64,000 nucleotides of DNA from Planctomycetota bacterium (lineage in GTDB: Bacteria > Planctomycetota > UBA1135 > UBA2386). The stretch lies in NCBI GenBank assembly GCA_965223545.1, contig OZ245006.1, positions 7,968,001 through 8,032,000 on the forward strand. Direction: 5' to 3'. Shown in pieces: positions 1 to 9,128 of this stretch. Below the pieces are notes generated by a model. It saw only the letters and a list, made by a program, of their open reading frames with translations. It did not search any database and was not told the origin of the DNA. The translations under genes were made by a program, and so were the position numbers. Within the stretch, counting starts at the first letter, position 1; every line of letters begins with the position of its first letter.

Positions 1-3
1 GCG

Positions 4-2022
4 GTGGAGAGCGACCGCGCCGCGCCGAAGGCCCTGCGGCAGAAGGCCGGCGCGCGCGCCCGCGCCGTCGCCGAGGAGATCGCCAGCAGCGATTTCGCGC
101 GGCTGATGCCGGCGGATGCGATCTTCTACCTCGAGCTCAACCGGCCGGGTCAACAGCTCGAGTCCCTGGTGAGTCAGCTCGGCCTGCTCGGCGACGGCAG
201 CGCCGAGCGACTCGGCATCAGCCCGAAGCTGATCGAGGGGTTGTTGGGCCTGCGCGGTGCCGCCGTGGCAATCACCGAGTTCGACCCCCGCCGCGGTCCG
301 CAGGACGGCGTGTTGATCGCCCACCCCGGCAAGCTGGACGTGGTGCGCGGCCTGCTGGAGACCGCGCTGCCGGCGGGCGCCAGTCCGGTGGCCGCGATCG
401 GTGGTCACCCGACGTTCGACGTCGAGGGACAGGCGCTGGTCACCCTCACCCACAAGCTGCTGGTGGCGGGCCGCAAGCGCGCGACGATCGAGCAGGTGGT
501 GGCGCGGTTGGCCGGTGATGGCGGTCCGTGTTTGGCCGACAGCGAATCTGCCCAGGGCGCGCTGCGCATGCGCGGCGACGACTTGGCGTTCTTCTGCCTC
601 AACGTGCAGCCGCTGCTGCCGATGATCGAGGGGCTCGCACAGCGCGCGGCGCGTCGCGATCCGGGCGTGATGGCCGCGATGATGCTGCTCGACGTGCGCA
701 GCACGCAGACGGTCGCCGGTCACCTGGGAGTCGATGATCAGGGCTTGGCCCTCGAGCTGGCCCTCGACCTCGACGAAGGCCACCGCAACATCGCCTTCAA
801 TCTGCTGCGCATGTCCAACCTGAGTGCGGAGTCGTTGGCCATGGTGCCGTCGGGAGCTGCGTTCTTCGCCGCCGGCGCGCTCAACCAGCGGGGCGATGTG
901 CCGGCCGGCAACGTCGACGGACGCGGGCGACCGGCCGTCAGCCTGATGGACCTCGGTCGCGAAGTGTTTGCGAACGTCGCGGAGTTCGCGCTCTACGTCA
1001 TGCCGCGCGTGCACGAAGCGCCATTCGGGCCGATGCCCGAGGTCGCGTTGGCCATGCACTGCAACGACGTCGAGCGCAGCATGGCGCTGTGGGATCTCGT
1101 GCTCGGCTCGGCGCAGGCCGGGGCTGGCGCCGCACAAGAGCCGCAGCAAGCCGGCAACGGCGTCCGCTACGAGATCGCCGGCGTGCCGATCTACCTCGGC
1201 ACGAAGGGCCACACGCTGGCCGTGTCGCCCAGCGAGGCGGCGGTCGCGGCCGCGCTGCGCGGTGGTGGCAACGGAGTCGCGCAGGACGAGGCCTTCGCCG
1301 GCGCGGTACGGCACTTCGGCAGTGACAGCACCGTGGCGGTCGCTGCCCAGGTTGGTCGCTGCATGGAGATCGCGCGCCACTTCATGCGCGGCCGCCAGAA
1401 GCAGGAGCTCGAGCAAGTCGCCGGTCTGCTGCAGAACACGAGCGTCGCCCTGCGGTTGGCGCAATCTTCCCACCGGCTCGGCGCCGCGGCGCGCGTATCG
1501 GGGATCCCGGACGTCGCTCCGATGGTCGAGCATCTGGTCGCCCAGCACCGGCAGCGCCGGGGTGGCCGGGCCGTGGCCGCGCGCAGCGCAGTGCGGGCAC
1601 CGGCGCGTGCCGTGGTCTCCGTGTCGCCGGTGGAGGCGTTCGAGCTCGCGCACGGCGAAGGCGAGATCGAGACCGCCCGCGGCAAGCTCAAGGGTCTCCT
1701 GAGCTCTGCCGGAGAAGATCCCCAGACGCTCAACGACTTGGCCTGGCGGCTGCTGACCGAAGAGCGCTACGGCGGCCAGTACGATGAGATCGCGCTGAGC
1801 CTGTCGCGGACCAGCAACGAGGCGTCGGGTTGGGAGAACTGGTTCTACGTCGACACCTACGCCCGCGCGCTGTTCGAGAACGGCGACATCGAGGGGGCCA
1901 TCCGCTACGAGAAGAAGGCCATCGAGCTCGGCAAGGACCATCCCCGGATCGGTGAGGCCAAGTCGCAGCTCGAGGAGTTCCTCGCCGCGGCGAAGGGACG
2001 CAAGGTCGGCGACGACAACTGA
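4..2022 (+). CDS. Hypothetical protein, DUF3352-like body with C-terminal TPR-like helices; probably 5'-truncated by the window edge
   Basis: Long ORF with normal amino-acid composition. C-terminal 'LNDLAWRL...YVDTYARALFENGDIEGAIRYEKKAIEL' is TPR-like. The frame is open at the window start. Confidence 0.6.
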   Translation: MESDRAAPKALRQKAGARARAVAEEIASSDFARLMPADAIFYLELNRPGQQLESLVSQLGLLGDGSAERLGISPKLIEGLLGLRGAAVAITEFDPRRGPQDGVLIAHPGKLDVVRGLLETALPAGASPVAAIGGHPTFDVEGQALVTLTHKLLVAGRKRATIEQVVARLAGDGGPCLADSESAQGALRMRGDDLAFFCLNVQPLLPMIEGLAQRAARRDPGVMAAMMLLDVRSTQTVAGHLGVDDQGLALELALDLDEGHRNIAFNLLRMSNLSAESLAMVPSGAAFFAAGALNQRGDVPAGNVDGRGRPAVSLMDLGREVFANVAEFALYVMPRVHEAPFGPMPEVALAMHCNDVERSMALWDLVLGSAQAGAGAAQEPQQAGNGVRYEIAGVPIYLGTKGHTLAVSPSEAAVAAALRGGGNGVAQDEAFAGAVRHFGSDSTVAVAAQVGRCMEIARHFMRGRQKQELEQVAGLLQNTSVALRLAQSSHRLGAAARVSGIPDVAPMVEHLVAQHRQRRGGRAVAARSAVRAPARAVVSVSPVEAFELAHGEGEIETARGKLKGLLSSAGEDPQTLNDLAWRLLTEERYGGQYDEIALSLSRTSNEASGWENWFYVDTYARALFENGDIEGAIRYEKKAIELGKDHPRIGEAKSQLEEFLAAAKGRKVGDDN

Positions 2023-2038
2023 GCGCCGCGCCGGCCCG

Positions 2039-3514
2039 TCACTGCAGGGCCGGCAGCAACCAGAGCGCCGCCGCGGTCACCAAGGCGACTGCGGCGGCGT
2101 TGAGCCAGACGCCCGCCCGCATCAGATCACGAACGCCGACGTAGCCGGAGCCGTAGACAATGGCGTTGGGCGGGGTCGCCACCGGCAGCATGAAGGCCAT
2201 CGAGGTCGACAGCGCGGCAGCGGCCATCAGCGTGACGGCCGGTACCCCCAGGCCGCTGGCGGTGCCGGCCATGATCGGCATCGCCATCGCGCAGGTCGCC
2301 AGGTTGGAAGTGATCTCGGTCAAGAACACGAACAGCGCCGCCACCAATGCGAACATCAGCCACGGCGGCAGGGTGCCCAGGCCGGCGACGCCGGAGCCGA
2401 TCCACGCCGCCAGACCGGTGTCGTTCATCGCCGTTGCCAGCGACAGCCCGCCGCCGAACAGCACGATGACCTCCCAGGGGAGCGCGGTGGCGGCCTTCCA
2501 GTCGAGGGCGCGTTGGCCGGGTCGCTCTCCCGGCAAGCAAAACAGCACCAGGGCGGCCAGCACCGCGATGGTCGAGTCGCGCATTTCTGGAAGCCAGGTC
2601 TGTAGGCCTGGCAGCTCCCAGCCGCCGAGCTGCTTGGGCGCGCGGAAGACCCAGGCCAACGCGGTCAGCGCGAAGACCAGCGCCACGGCGCGTTCGGTCC
2701 GGGTCGGCGGGCCCTGCGCGCGTCGTTCCGCGGTGAACAGCGCCGCGGCATCGCCGCGCAGAGTTCCCGGCGGGTACAGCCAACCGGTGAGGACGAGCCA
2801 CGTCGCCGGCAGGAACACCGCGGCGACCGGCACGCCGACCAGCATCCAGTCGAAGAACCCGATTTGCACGTCGAGCAGCTCCACAGCGGCGGCCGCGAAC
2901 ACCGCGTTGGGCGGGGTGCCGATCAACGTGCTGACCCCGCCGATGGTGGCGCCGTAGGCGACGCCGAGCAGCAGACAGATGCCGAACTCGTAGGTGCCGA
3001 CCCGATCGTGCGGGCGGAACATCTGCGCCACCGCGATTGCGATGGGCAGCATCATCGCGGTGGTCGCGGTGTTGGAGATCCACATCGACAGAAACGCCGA
3101 CGCCAGCATGAAGCCGAGCACGAGCCGTCGCGGTTGCGTGCCGACTCTCGCGACGATCGACAGTGCGATGCGGCGGTGCAGCTGGCAGCGTTGCATCGCG
3201 ATCGCCAGCATGAAGCCGCCCATCGCCAGGAAGATGATGTCACTGCCGTAGGGCCGGGCGGCGGTCGCCATGTCGCTGACGCCGAGCAGCGGCAGCGCGC
3301 ACAGCGGAACCAGGGCGGTGGCGGCGATCGGGATTGCCTCGGTGAGCCACCAGCACGCCATCAGCCAAGTGGTGGCGGCGGTGTACCAAGCTGCGGACGA
3401 CAACCCCTCGGGCGGCGAGGTCGTGACGATCACCGCGAAGCCCGTCAGGCCGATGGCGAGGCCGGCGACCGGCAGCCAGCGCCGTGCGCCCGGGTCGTCA
3501 CCGGTATCGCTCAT
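2039..3514 (-). CDS. SLC13/DASS family anion:sodium symporter
   Basis: Multi-TM protein with 'LSMWISNTATTAMMLP', 'TLIGTPPN', 'TEITSN' and 'AFMLPVATPPNAIVYGSG'. ATG at 3514 overlaps the upstream stop (ATGA). Confidence 0.92.
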   Translation of the reverse strand: MSDTGDDPGARRWLPVAGLAIGLTGFAVIVTTSPPEGLSSAAWYTAATTWLMACWWLTEAIPIAATALVPLCALPLLGVSDMATAARPYGSDIIFLAMGGFMLAIAMQRCQLHRRIALSIVARVGTQPRRLVLGFMLASAFLSMWISNTATTAMMLPIAIAVAQMFRPHDRVGTYEFGICLLLGVAYGATIGGVSTLIGTPPNAVFAAAAVELLDVQIGFFDWMLVGVPVAAVFLPATWLVLTGWLYPPGTLRGDAAALFTAERRAQGPPTRTERAVALVFALTALAWVFRAPKQLGGWELPGLQTWLPEMRDSTIAVLAALVLFCLPGERPGQRALDWKAATALPWEVIVLFGGGLSLATAMNDTGLAAWIGSGVAGLGTLPPWLMFALVAALFVFLTEITSNLATCAMAMPIMAGTASGLGVPAVTLMAAAALSTSMAFMLPVATPPNAIVYGSGYVGVRDLMRAGVWLNAAAVALVTAAALWLLPALQ

Positions 3515-3900
3515 CGGGGGACGGCGGGGAACACGACCTCGAGCGACGGGAAGCGAGCCTGCATGAACTCGAGCGCCAGCCACGTGTGGCAGCGCCGGAC
3601 GTCGGGGTTGGTGGCCGTCGGACAGCTGCAGCCGAGCCAGACGTCGCCAGCCGTCGCCTGCGCCGCGAGCGCGGCGAACGGCGCCGGGTCTTGTCGGAAG
3701 CGCGCCGCCAAGAGGGCGCGGTAGTTGCGCGCGAAAGTGCGCCAAGTCGATGTCGCCGGCGCCTCGAGATAGAGGCGTACGGCCTCCCTGTCTGGCCGCA
3801 GGCAGTGCTTTGTGTGCATGCGCGTGTCCTGTCGCGAACCGGCGGGTAGGGGATCGTCCGGCGGGCGGCGGCCGCGCGACATCCGGTAGCGGGACAGCAT
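3511..3900 (-). CDS. Small hypothetical protein, possibly DUF488-like
   Basis: 129-aa ORF coupled by ATGA to the transporter. 'W..F...Y...L' followed by 'LGCSC...RRCH' resembles DUF488-type proteins. Confidence 0.55.
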   Translation of the reverse strand: MLSRYRMSRGRRPPDDPLPAGSRQDTRMHTKHCLRPDREAVRLYLEAPATSTWRTFARNYRALLAARFRQDPAPFAALAAQATAGDVWLGCSCPTATNPDVRRCHTWLALEFMQARFPSLEVVFPAVPR

Positions 3901-3962
3901 GGCCAGAGTATCGCGCCGCTCCGCGCTGCGGTCGAGCGCTCCGCGGCGGCACGCTGCAGCGG

Positions 3963-5681
3963 CTATCGACTGCCGCGTTTGGCGAGAAGGTGCGCCGCCA
4001 CGGCCTCGGCGATCCAGTCGTAGCCTCGATCGGTGCAGTGACCGTCGGCGATGAACAAGTCGGCGCGCGGGAGAGTGGTCTCGGCAAAACGCTGCTGGGT
4101 GTCGATCAACGGTGTGCCGGTGCCGCGGGCGAACTCGCGCAGGACGGGTTCGAGGTCGCGCATGGGCTCGGGGTAGGTCAGCAGCACGAGAGTCGCCCCG
4201 CGCTGGCGGCAGAGCGACGCGATCGCCTGCAAGTGGCGCGCGTAGACGGACGCGACGCTGCCGGCGTCGGCGAGCGCGCGGTCGATGGCGTCGCGGGCCG
4301 AGGTGCGCGCGGGACCGCTGAGGTCGAGTGCTTGCAGCACTCGTTCGACCGTTGGGTCGTCGAGCGCTTCACGGTGGCGGCGCAGCAGCCGCACCGCGAC
4401 GGCCCAGTCCCCGCTGGCGACCCCGGCGAGGAGGGCGTCGCCCAGCGCGACCGTCGGCTCCCCGGCGAGCAGCCTGAGGTTGGAGCGGGTTGCCAAGAAC
4501 GCGGCGTACTGATCCGGCGAGTCCCGCAGTGCGGCGGCGGCCCGGTCGGCTGCGGCGAGCACGCGATCGCGAAAGCGGGCGTCGGTCAGCGCCGCCTCGA
4601 ACACTCCCCGCCACAGCTCCGGCTGCGAAGGGTCTGTGGCCAGCTCCTGTAGAGCGGTGGGAACTCCCTCGTCGAGTCGGCGCGTGGCCAACAACGCACC
4701 GGCCAGGGCAGCCCGCGCTGCCGGCGAGGGGTCGGCGCGCAGGCCCGCCAGCGCGTCGTCCCGCCGGCGCGCGTCGCCGGCGCGGTGCGCGAGCTCGGCG
4801 GCGAGGGCGCGCCCCGGCACGGACTCTCGCAACGCCGTGGCCGCGCCGGCAAGCGCGGCGTCGGCGGCCTCGAGCTCGCCGCGCGCCAGCGCGCGGCGGG
4901 CGACATCCAGCGCGTCGCCCGGCGGCGGCCCGCGCTGCAGGACCAGCGCACCGCCGGGCAGGTCGTCGCCGCGCAGGTGCAGGCGATCGCCGCGCAGCCG
5001 CCACTGCACGGTGCGCCGGTCGTCGCCGCTGCCGAAGTGCAACACCTCGCCATCGACCCGCCATGGCGCGACGATGCCGAGAAACCGCAGGGTGCCGTCG
5101 GCGAGGAAGGTGCAGCCGGCGCCGTCTGCGTGCCAGTCGCCGATCAGCTCTGCGCCGCCCGTCTCCGCTGAGCCTTGCTCGTCGAAGTGGCGGACGATGC
5201 GCTGGATGAGCGCCTTCGTGCGCCAACGCCATTCGAAGCCGGCGGGCGCGTCGCCGGTGCTCCGCGCCTCGGCCACGGTGACCTCCGGATCGAGGCTGGT
5301 GGGGTCGTTGTAGCCGATGAGCACGCAGACGGTGTGCGGCGCGTGGGTGCGCAGGTGTTCGTCCAAACGGCGCAGCAGGTCGGCGGACGAGGCGCCGGGG
5401 ACCCCTCGATTGAGCACCGCGTAGCGGCGCGGGGCCGCCTGCTCCAGCCGCTGGGCGAGACGCGCGGGGTAGCTGGCCTCCCGCGACGCGGCGCCGAGGC
5501 CGTAGGTGAACGAGTCGCCGACGCAGAGGACCGTGTGGGCCCCATCCCTGGCGGTCTCCGAGCGGTGGACCGCGCGCAGAGTGCGCCAGTTCCAATAGGC
5601 GCCCACCTGCATCACCACCTCGAGCGCCAGGAGTCCGAACACGACTCCCAGCAGCACCGCCGCCCCTCGCCGAGCACGCAT
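3963..5681 (-). CDS. Membrane-anchored SGNH/GDSL hydrolase with helical-repeat insert
   Basis: N-terminal TM helix, block I 'VGDSFTYG', block II 'NRGVPG', block III 'IGYND' and C-terminal 'DGHC'. Confidence 0.8.
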   Translation of the reverse strand: MRARRGAAVLLGVVFGLLALEVVMQVGAYWNWRTLRAVHRSETARDGAHTVLCVGDSFTYGLGAASREASYPARLAQRLEQAAPRRYAVLNRGVPGASSADLLRRLDEHLRTHAPHTVCVLIGYNDPTSLDPEVTVAEARSTGDAPAGFEWRWRTKALIQRIVRHFDEQGSAETGGAELIGDWHADGAGCTFLADGTLRFLGIVAPWRVDGEVLHFGSGDDRRTVQWRLRGDRLHLRGDDLPGGALVLQRGPPPGDALDVARRALARGELEAADAALAGAATALRESVPGRALAAELAHRAGDARRRDDALAGLRADPSPAARAALAGALLATRRLDEGVPTALQELATDPSQPELWRGVFEAALTDARFRDRVLAAADRAAAALRDSPDQYAAFLATRSNLRLLAGEPTVALGDALLAGVASGDWAVAVRLLRRHREALDDPTVERVLQALDLSGPARTSARDAIDRALADAGSVASVYARHLQAIASLCRQRGATLVLLTYPEPMRDLEPVLREFARGTGTPLIDTQQRFAETTLPRADLFIADGHCTDRGYDWIAEAVAAHLLAKRGSR

Positions 5682-5718
5682 CAGCGGGGCGGCGACCCGC
5701 CGCTCGTGGCGGGGCGGG

Positions 5719-7464
5719 TCACAGTGTCCCGCGCACGGTGGCGTCGAGTGCCTTCTCGGCGCGGAACTCGATCTCGAAGGCGGTGCCGGGGGCGCCGCGC
5801 ACGATCCAGCGGGCTTGCCAACGGCCGTGACCCGGTACGCCACCCTCGCGCCGCAGGGTTTGCGGCGCGCGCTCCTGCAGGTCGATGCGCTGCAGCCGGA
5901 AGCGGTCGGTGGGCTCGCCGCCGGCCAACACTTCGATGCCGTCGCCGCGCAGCGTCAGGCGGTCGGGCAAACCGATCTGCTTGGCCGCGGCGTGCGCCGA
6001 GCGCGTCGGGATCGTCCGCGCGTTGCGCACCTCGACGTCGACGTAGTGCAGCCCGCCCGGCGCCGGCTGGACCCGGGGCGCCGAGAGCGTGGTCTCGGGC
6101 ATCTCGCCGGCGTGGTAGATGACGAACGCGGCGTTGCGGTGCAGCTCCTCCTCCATCAGCCAGGTCGGTGGCAGGCGGCCGGTCATCTTCGCCGCGCCGC
6201 CGATCTCGATCGCACCGTACAGCGGGTGCTCGTAGCTGCGCCACGGCCGGTAGCTCTCGCCGAGCGTGAGCCGATCCTCCCAGCGCCGGCGGTCCTCGGC
6301 CGACAGGCGCTCGTCGTCCTGCATCATGCGACTGCGCGCCCACATCTCGTTGGTGAACGAGAAGATGCCAAGGCCTTCATAGGTCCAGTTCACGAAGCCG
6401 CCCCACACCGTGTAGAGATCCTTGTGGATCACCATGTAGCGGTAGAACGGCAGCAAGAACTCGCCCTCGCGCCCGAGGGTGTCGTACACCGCGACGTCGG
6501 CGCGCGGGTACTCGCCGTAGTCGGCATAGCCCGGTCCGCGCAAGATCATCCCGCCGGCGTTGTGGAACGCCTGGCAGCCGGCGATGTTGGGATGCGCCAG
6601 GATGAAGTCGGCGACCGCGCGGGATTCGGGTTGCGACAGCGGATACGCCCCGGCGCCGAACTGCACGTAGCCGGGTGCCCAGCCCGACGGCCAGTTGCGA
6701 TTGAGGTCGTAGCCCCCGGGACCGTCCTCGTTGACCCGTCCGTCGCCGTCGTTGTCGATGCCCTCGCTGCCGAGCATCAACCAGTCGCCCTGCTGTTCTC
6801 CGCGCACGCGCTCCATCAGGCCGGGATGGTCGCGCAGCTCGCGGTGGGTGCCCTCGCCGAGCGGGACGCGCTTGCGCATCTGCGTGATGTGGCCGTCGCC
6901 GTCGAGGTCGTCTGCGGGGTCTTCGTCGGCGCGGCCGTCGAGGTCGCTGTCGACCGGCATCGCGCCGGAGCGGAACGACGAGCTGGTGTTGGCCTCGGCA
7001 AACCAGTGCACGCGTGCGTCGACGTTCACCGACGGCACGATGTAGAGCGCGACGCGGTCGAGCAGCGCGGTGATCTGCTCCACCCGGCCATAGCGCTCGA
7101 GCAGATAGCAAACGGTGTACAGGTTGGCCTCCGCCCCCTGCACCTCGTTGCCGTGGATGTTGGCGTCACTGTAGAACGCGGGCTTGTCGGTGTGCGCGCC
7201 GGTGCGCGGGTTGTGGACGATCAAGATCCACAGGTCGCGGCCCTCGGTGCTCTGGCCGATCGTGCGCGCCTCCACCATTTCCGGCCAGGTCGCGGCGATG
7301 CGCTGCACGAGCTGGACGATCTCGTCGTAGTCGTAGAGGCGATTCCAGTGCACCGGCAGCTTGAGCACTGGCGCGCCCTGCGCGGTGACCGCGGGGGCGA
7401 TGGCCCCGGCGCCGAACAAAGCGGCCGCGCCGGCCGCGAACGCGTGCAACTTGCGAAGGGTCAT
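5719..7464 (-). CDS. Secreted M14 family zinc carboxypeptidase, catalytic motifs intact
   Basis: Signal peptide, 'IGQSTEGRDL', 'ANIHGNE' (HxxE), 'YDLNRNW', 'SQPE', 'AFHN' and DxDGDG Ca-binding-type loops. Confidence 0.88.
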   Translation of the reverse strand: MTLRKLHAFAAGAAALFGAGAIAPAVTAQGAPVLKLPVHWNRLYDYDEIVQLVQRIAATWPEMVEARTIGQSTEGRDLWILIVHNPRTGAHTDKPAFYSDANIHGNEVQGAEANLYTVCYLLERYGRVEQITALLDRVALYIVPSVNVDARVHWFAEANTSSSFRSGAMPVDSDLDGRADEDPADDLDGDGHITQMRKRVPLGEGTHRELRDHPGLMERVRGEQQGDWLMLGSEGIDNDGDGRVNEDGPGGYDLNRNWPSGWAPGYVQFGAGAYPLSQPESRAVADFILAHPNIAGCQAFHNAGGMILRGPGYADYGEYPRADVAVYDTLGREGEFLLPFYRYMVIHKDLYTVWGGFVNWTYEGLGIFSFTNEMWARSRMMQDDERLSAEDRRRWEDRLTLGESYRPWRSYEHPLYGAIEIGGAAKMTGRLPPTWLMEEELHRNAAFVIYHAGEMPETTLSAPRVQPAPGGLHYVDVEVRNARTIPTRSAHAAAKQIGLPDRLTLRGDGIEVLAGGEPTDRFRLQRIDLQERAPQTLRREGGVPGHGRWQARWIVRGAPGTAFEIEFRAEKALDATVRGTL

Positions 7465-9038
7465 GGCAGGGTCACCTCGGCGCGGTCGCGGCCGGCGAAA
7501 TCGGTAGTCAGGTCGAGGGTGAGGACGGTGCCGGGCGTGCCGTGCACCCACCACTGCAGCTCTTGCCGGCCGCCCGCCGGCAGGTTGTCGGTGGTCTGCT
7601 GCGGACGGCCTGCGAGGAGCGCGGCACCGCCGATGGCGAGGCTCAGTCGCGGCCGGCTGAAGCGCCGGCTCTTCGCCGAGATCGCGCTCAGGGCCGCCGC
7701 GCGCCCGTCGTTGACGACCGCGGCCTTGACCAGATAGGCGCCACCGCCGTGCGCTTCGGCGGCGAACGAGTCGATGCGGCAGCGCGGCCGCAGCTCGAGC
7801 AGCGCCAGCAGTGCTCGGTGGTGGCCGTCGAACAGGGTCTGCCGCTCGTCGTCCCCGAGCAGCGCGCCGACGGGTAGCTGGGCAAACCCGCCGATCTCGA
7901 CCGCGCCGTGCTGCGGGTGATCGACCCGGTGCCACGCGACGAAGCCGCGGCCGGCGGCCGTACAGAGCGCGTACCGGACGCGGTCTTCGGTGCTGCGCTG
8001 CTCGTCGTCGGAGTCGGGTTGGGGCGGACGCCAGAGATCGGCGGCGAACGCGGGCACACCGACGTCACAGTACAGCCACGACCACGTGCTGCCGTCGTGG
8101 CGGTCGCGGGCCTTGCCCTTGCGGCCCGTCGCATCGCGGTAGGCCTCGCCGGCGGCCTCGTAGAGCGCGGTGTCGCCGGCGAGAATGCCGCCGAGCGGCG
8201 CCCGGCGGTCGCCCTTGTCGGTCTTCGGAGTCGACAGCAGCGTGTCGTCCGGCCCGTAGACCAGTGCCATGCCGATGTTGCGCTGCGCGAAGACGAAGTC
8301 GGCCAGCGCGCGGCTCTCCGGTTCACCCAAGGCGAGACCACCGGTGGCGCGGTCGAACTCGGCGAAGTCGTGCGAGAAGCCGCGGTGCAGCTGCGCGCCG
8401 TCGCCGGGATCCTCGTCGACTTCACCGTCGCCGTCGTTGTCGATTCCCTCGGCCGCCACCTCGAACTCACCGCGTTCGCCGGCGGCGGGGTCGGCCCGTC
8501 GCATGAGCTGAGGCATCTCTTCGTCGATCAGCCACGTGCCCTCGGGGCTGCGCCAGCGCATCTGCGCGATGAGTCCGTCGCCGTCGAGGTCGTCGTGGGG
8601 GTCCTCGTCGGTGGCCCCGTCGCGGTCGAGATCGATGGCTCTGGCGTTTCCGCTGCGGCCGAGCGCCGCGCCGTCGGGATTGAGCTGGGGGATGACGTAC
8701 AACACCGTTCCGGTGAGAAGGTCGTCGGCCTCGGCGGCCCCGTCGGCGTCGATCAGGGTCTGCACGTGGTGTAGGGCGAGCTCGCCGCTCAAGCCGTAGT
8801 GGGCGTGTGCTCCGGCGACCAGGAGCACGCCCGGCCGCCGGTCGAGCGCGTCGGCGTCGCCGCGACCGACCACCAGCAGACCGATTTCGCGGTCGCCTCG
8901 CGAGCGGCCGATCGACCGGTAGCGGACGACATCGGGGGCGGCCTCGGCGAGGGCGCGTGCTCGTTCGGCGGTATCTTGCGGTGGCGCGGGTGGAAGGGCG
9001 GCGATGAGGGCGGCGCTGGAGAGGACGGCGGCGAGCAT
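7461..9038 (-). CDS. Secreted M14 family peptidase paralogue with degenerate zinc site
   Basis: Collinear with the neighbouring gene ('IGRSRGDREI', 'YVIPQLNPDG', 'EGIDNDGDGEVDED', 'EPESRA'), but HxxE reads HAHY. Coupled by ATGA. Confidence 0.8.
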   Translation of the reverse strand: MLAAVLSSAALIAALPPAPPQDTAERARALAEAAPDVVRYRSIGRSRGDREIGLLVVGRGDADALDRRPGVLLVAGAHAHYGLSGELALHHVQTLIDADGAAEADDLLTGTVLYVIPQLNPDGAALGRSGNARAIDLDRDGATDEDPHDDLDGDGLIAQMRWRSPEGTWLIDEEMPQLMRRADPAAGERGEFEVAAEGIDNDGDGEVDEDPGDGAQLHRGFSHDFAEFDRATGGLALGEPESRALADFVFAQRNIGMALVYGPDDTLLSTPKTDKGDRRAPLGGILAGDTALYEAAGEAYRDATGRKGKARDRHDGSTWSWLYCDVGVPAFAADLWRPPQPDSDDEQRSTEDRVRYALCTAAGRGFVAWHRVDHPQHGAVEIGGFAQLPVGALLGDDERQTLFDGHHRALLALLELRPRCRIDSFAAEAHGGGAYLVKAAVVNDGRAAALSAISAKSRRFSRPRLSLAIGGAALLAGRPQQTTDNLPAGGRQELQWWVHGTPGTVLTLDLTTDFAGRDRAEVTLP

Positions 9039-9128
9039 GGTTGCGCCATGTTACGCCGGCCACCGCGCCGCGGTGAGCGGTTCAAGAACTGGAACTCCGA
9101 GGCGACGCCGGGCATGGTCTGCCTGTCG

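Noticed and set aside
8799..9128. Upstream extensions of many ORF-track entries (e.g. sulfatase from 8799, wecB from 22325, VOC from 41436)
   Set aside because: The extensions overlap neighbouring genes. Internal starts give signal peptides, family-typical N-termini or stop/start coupling.
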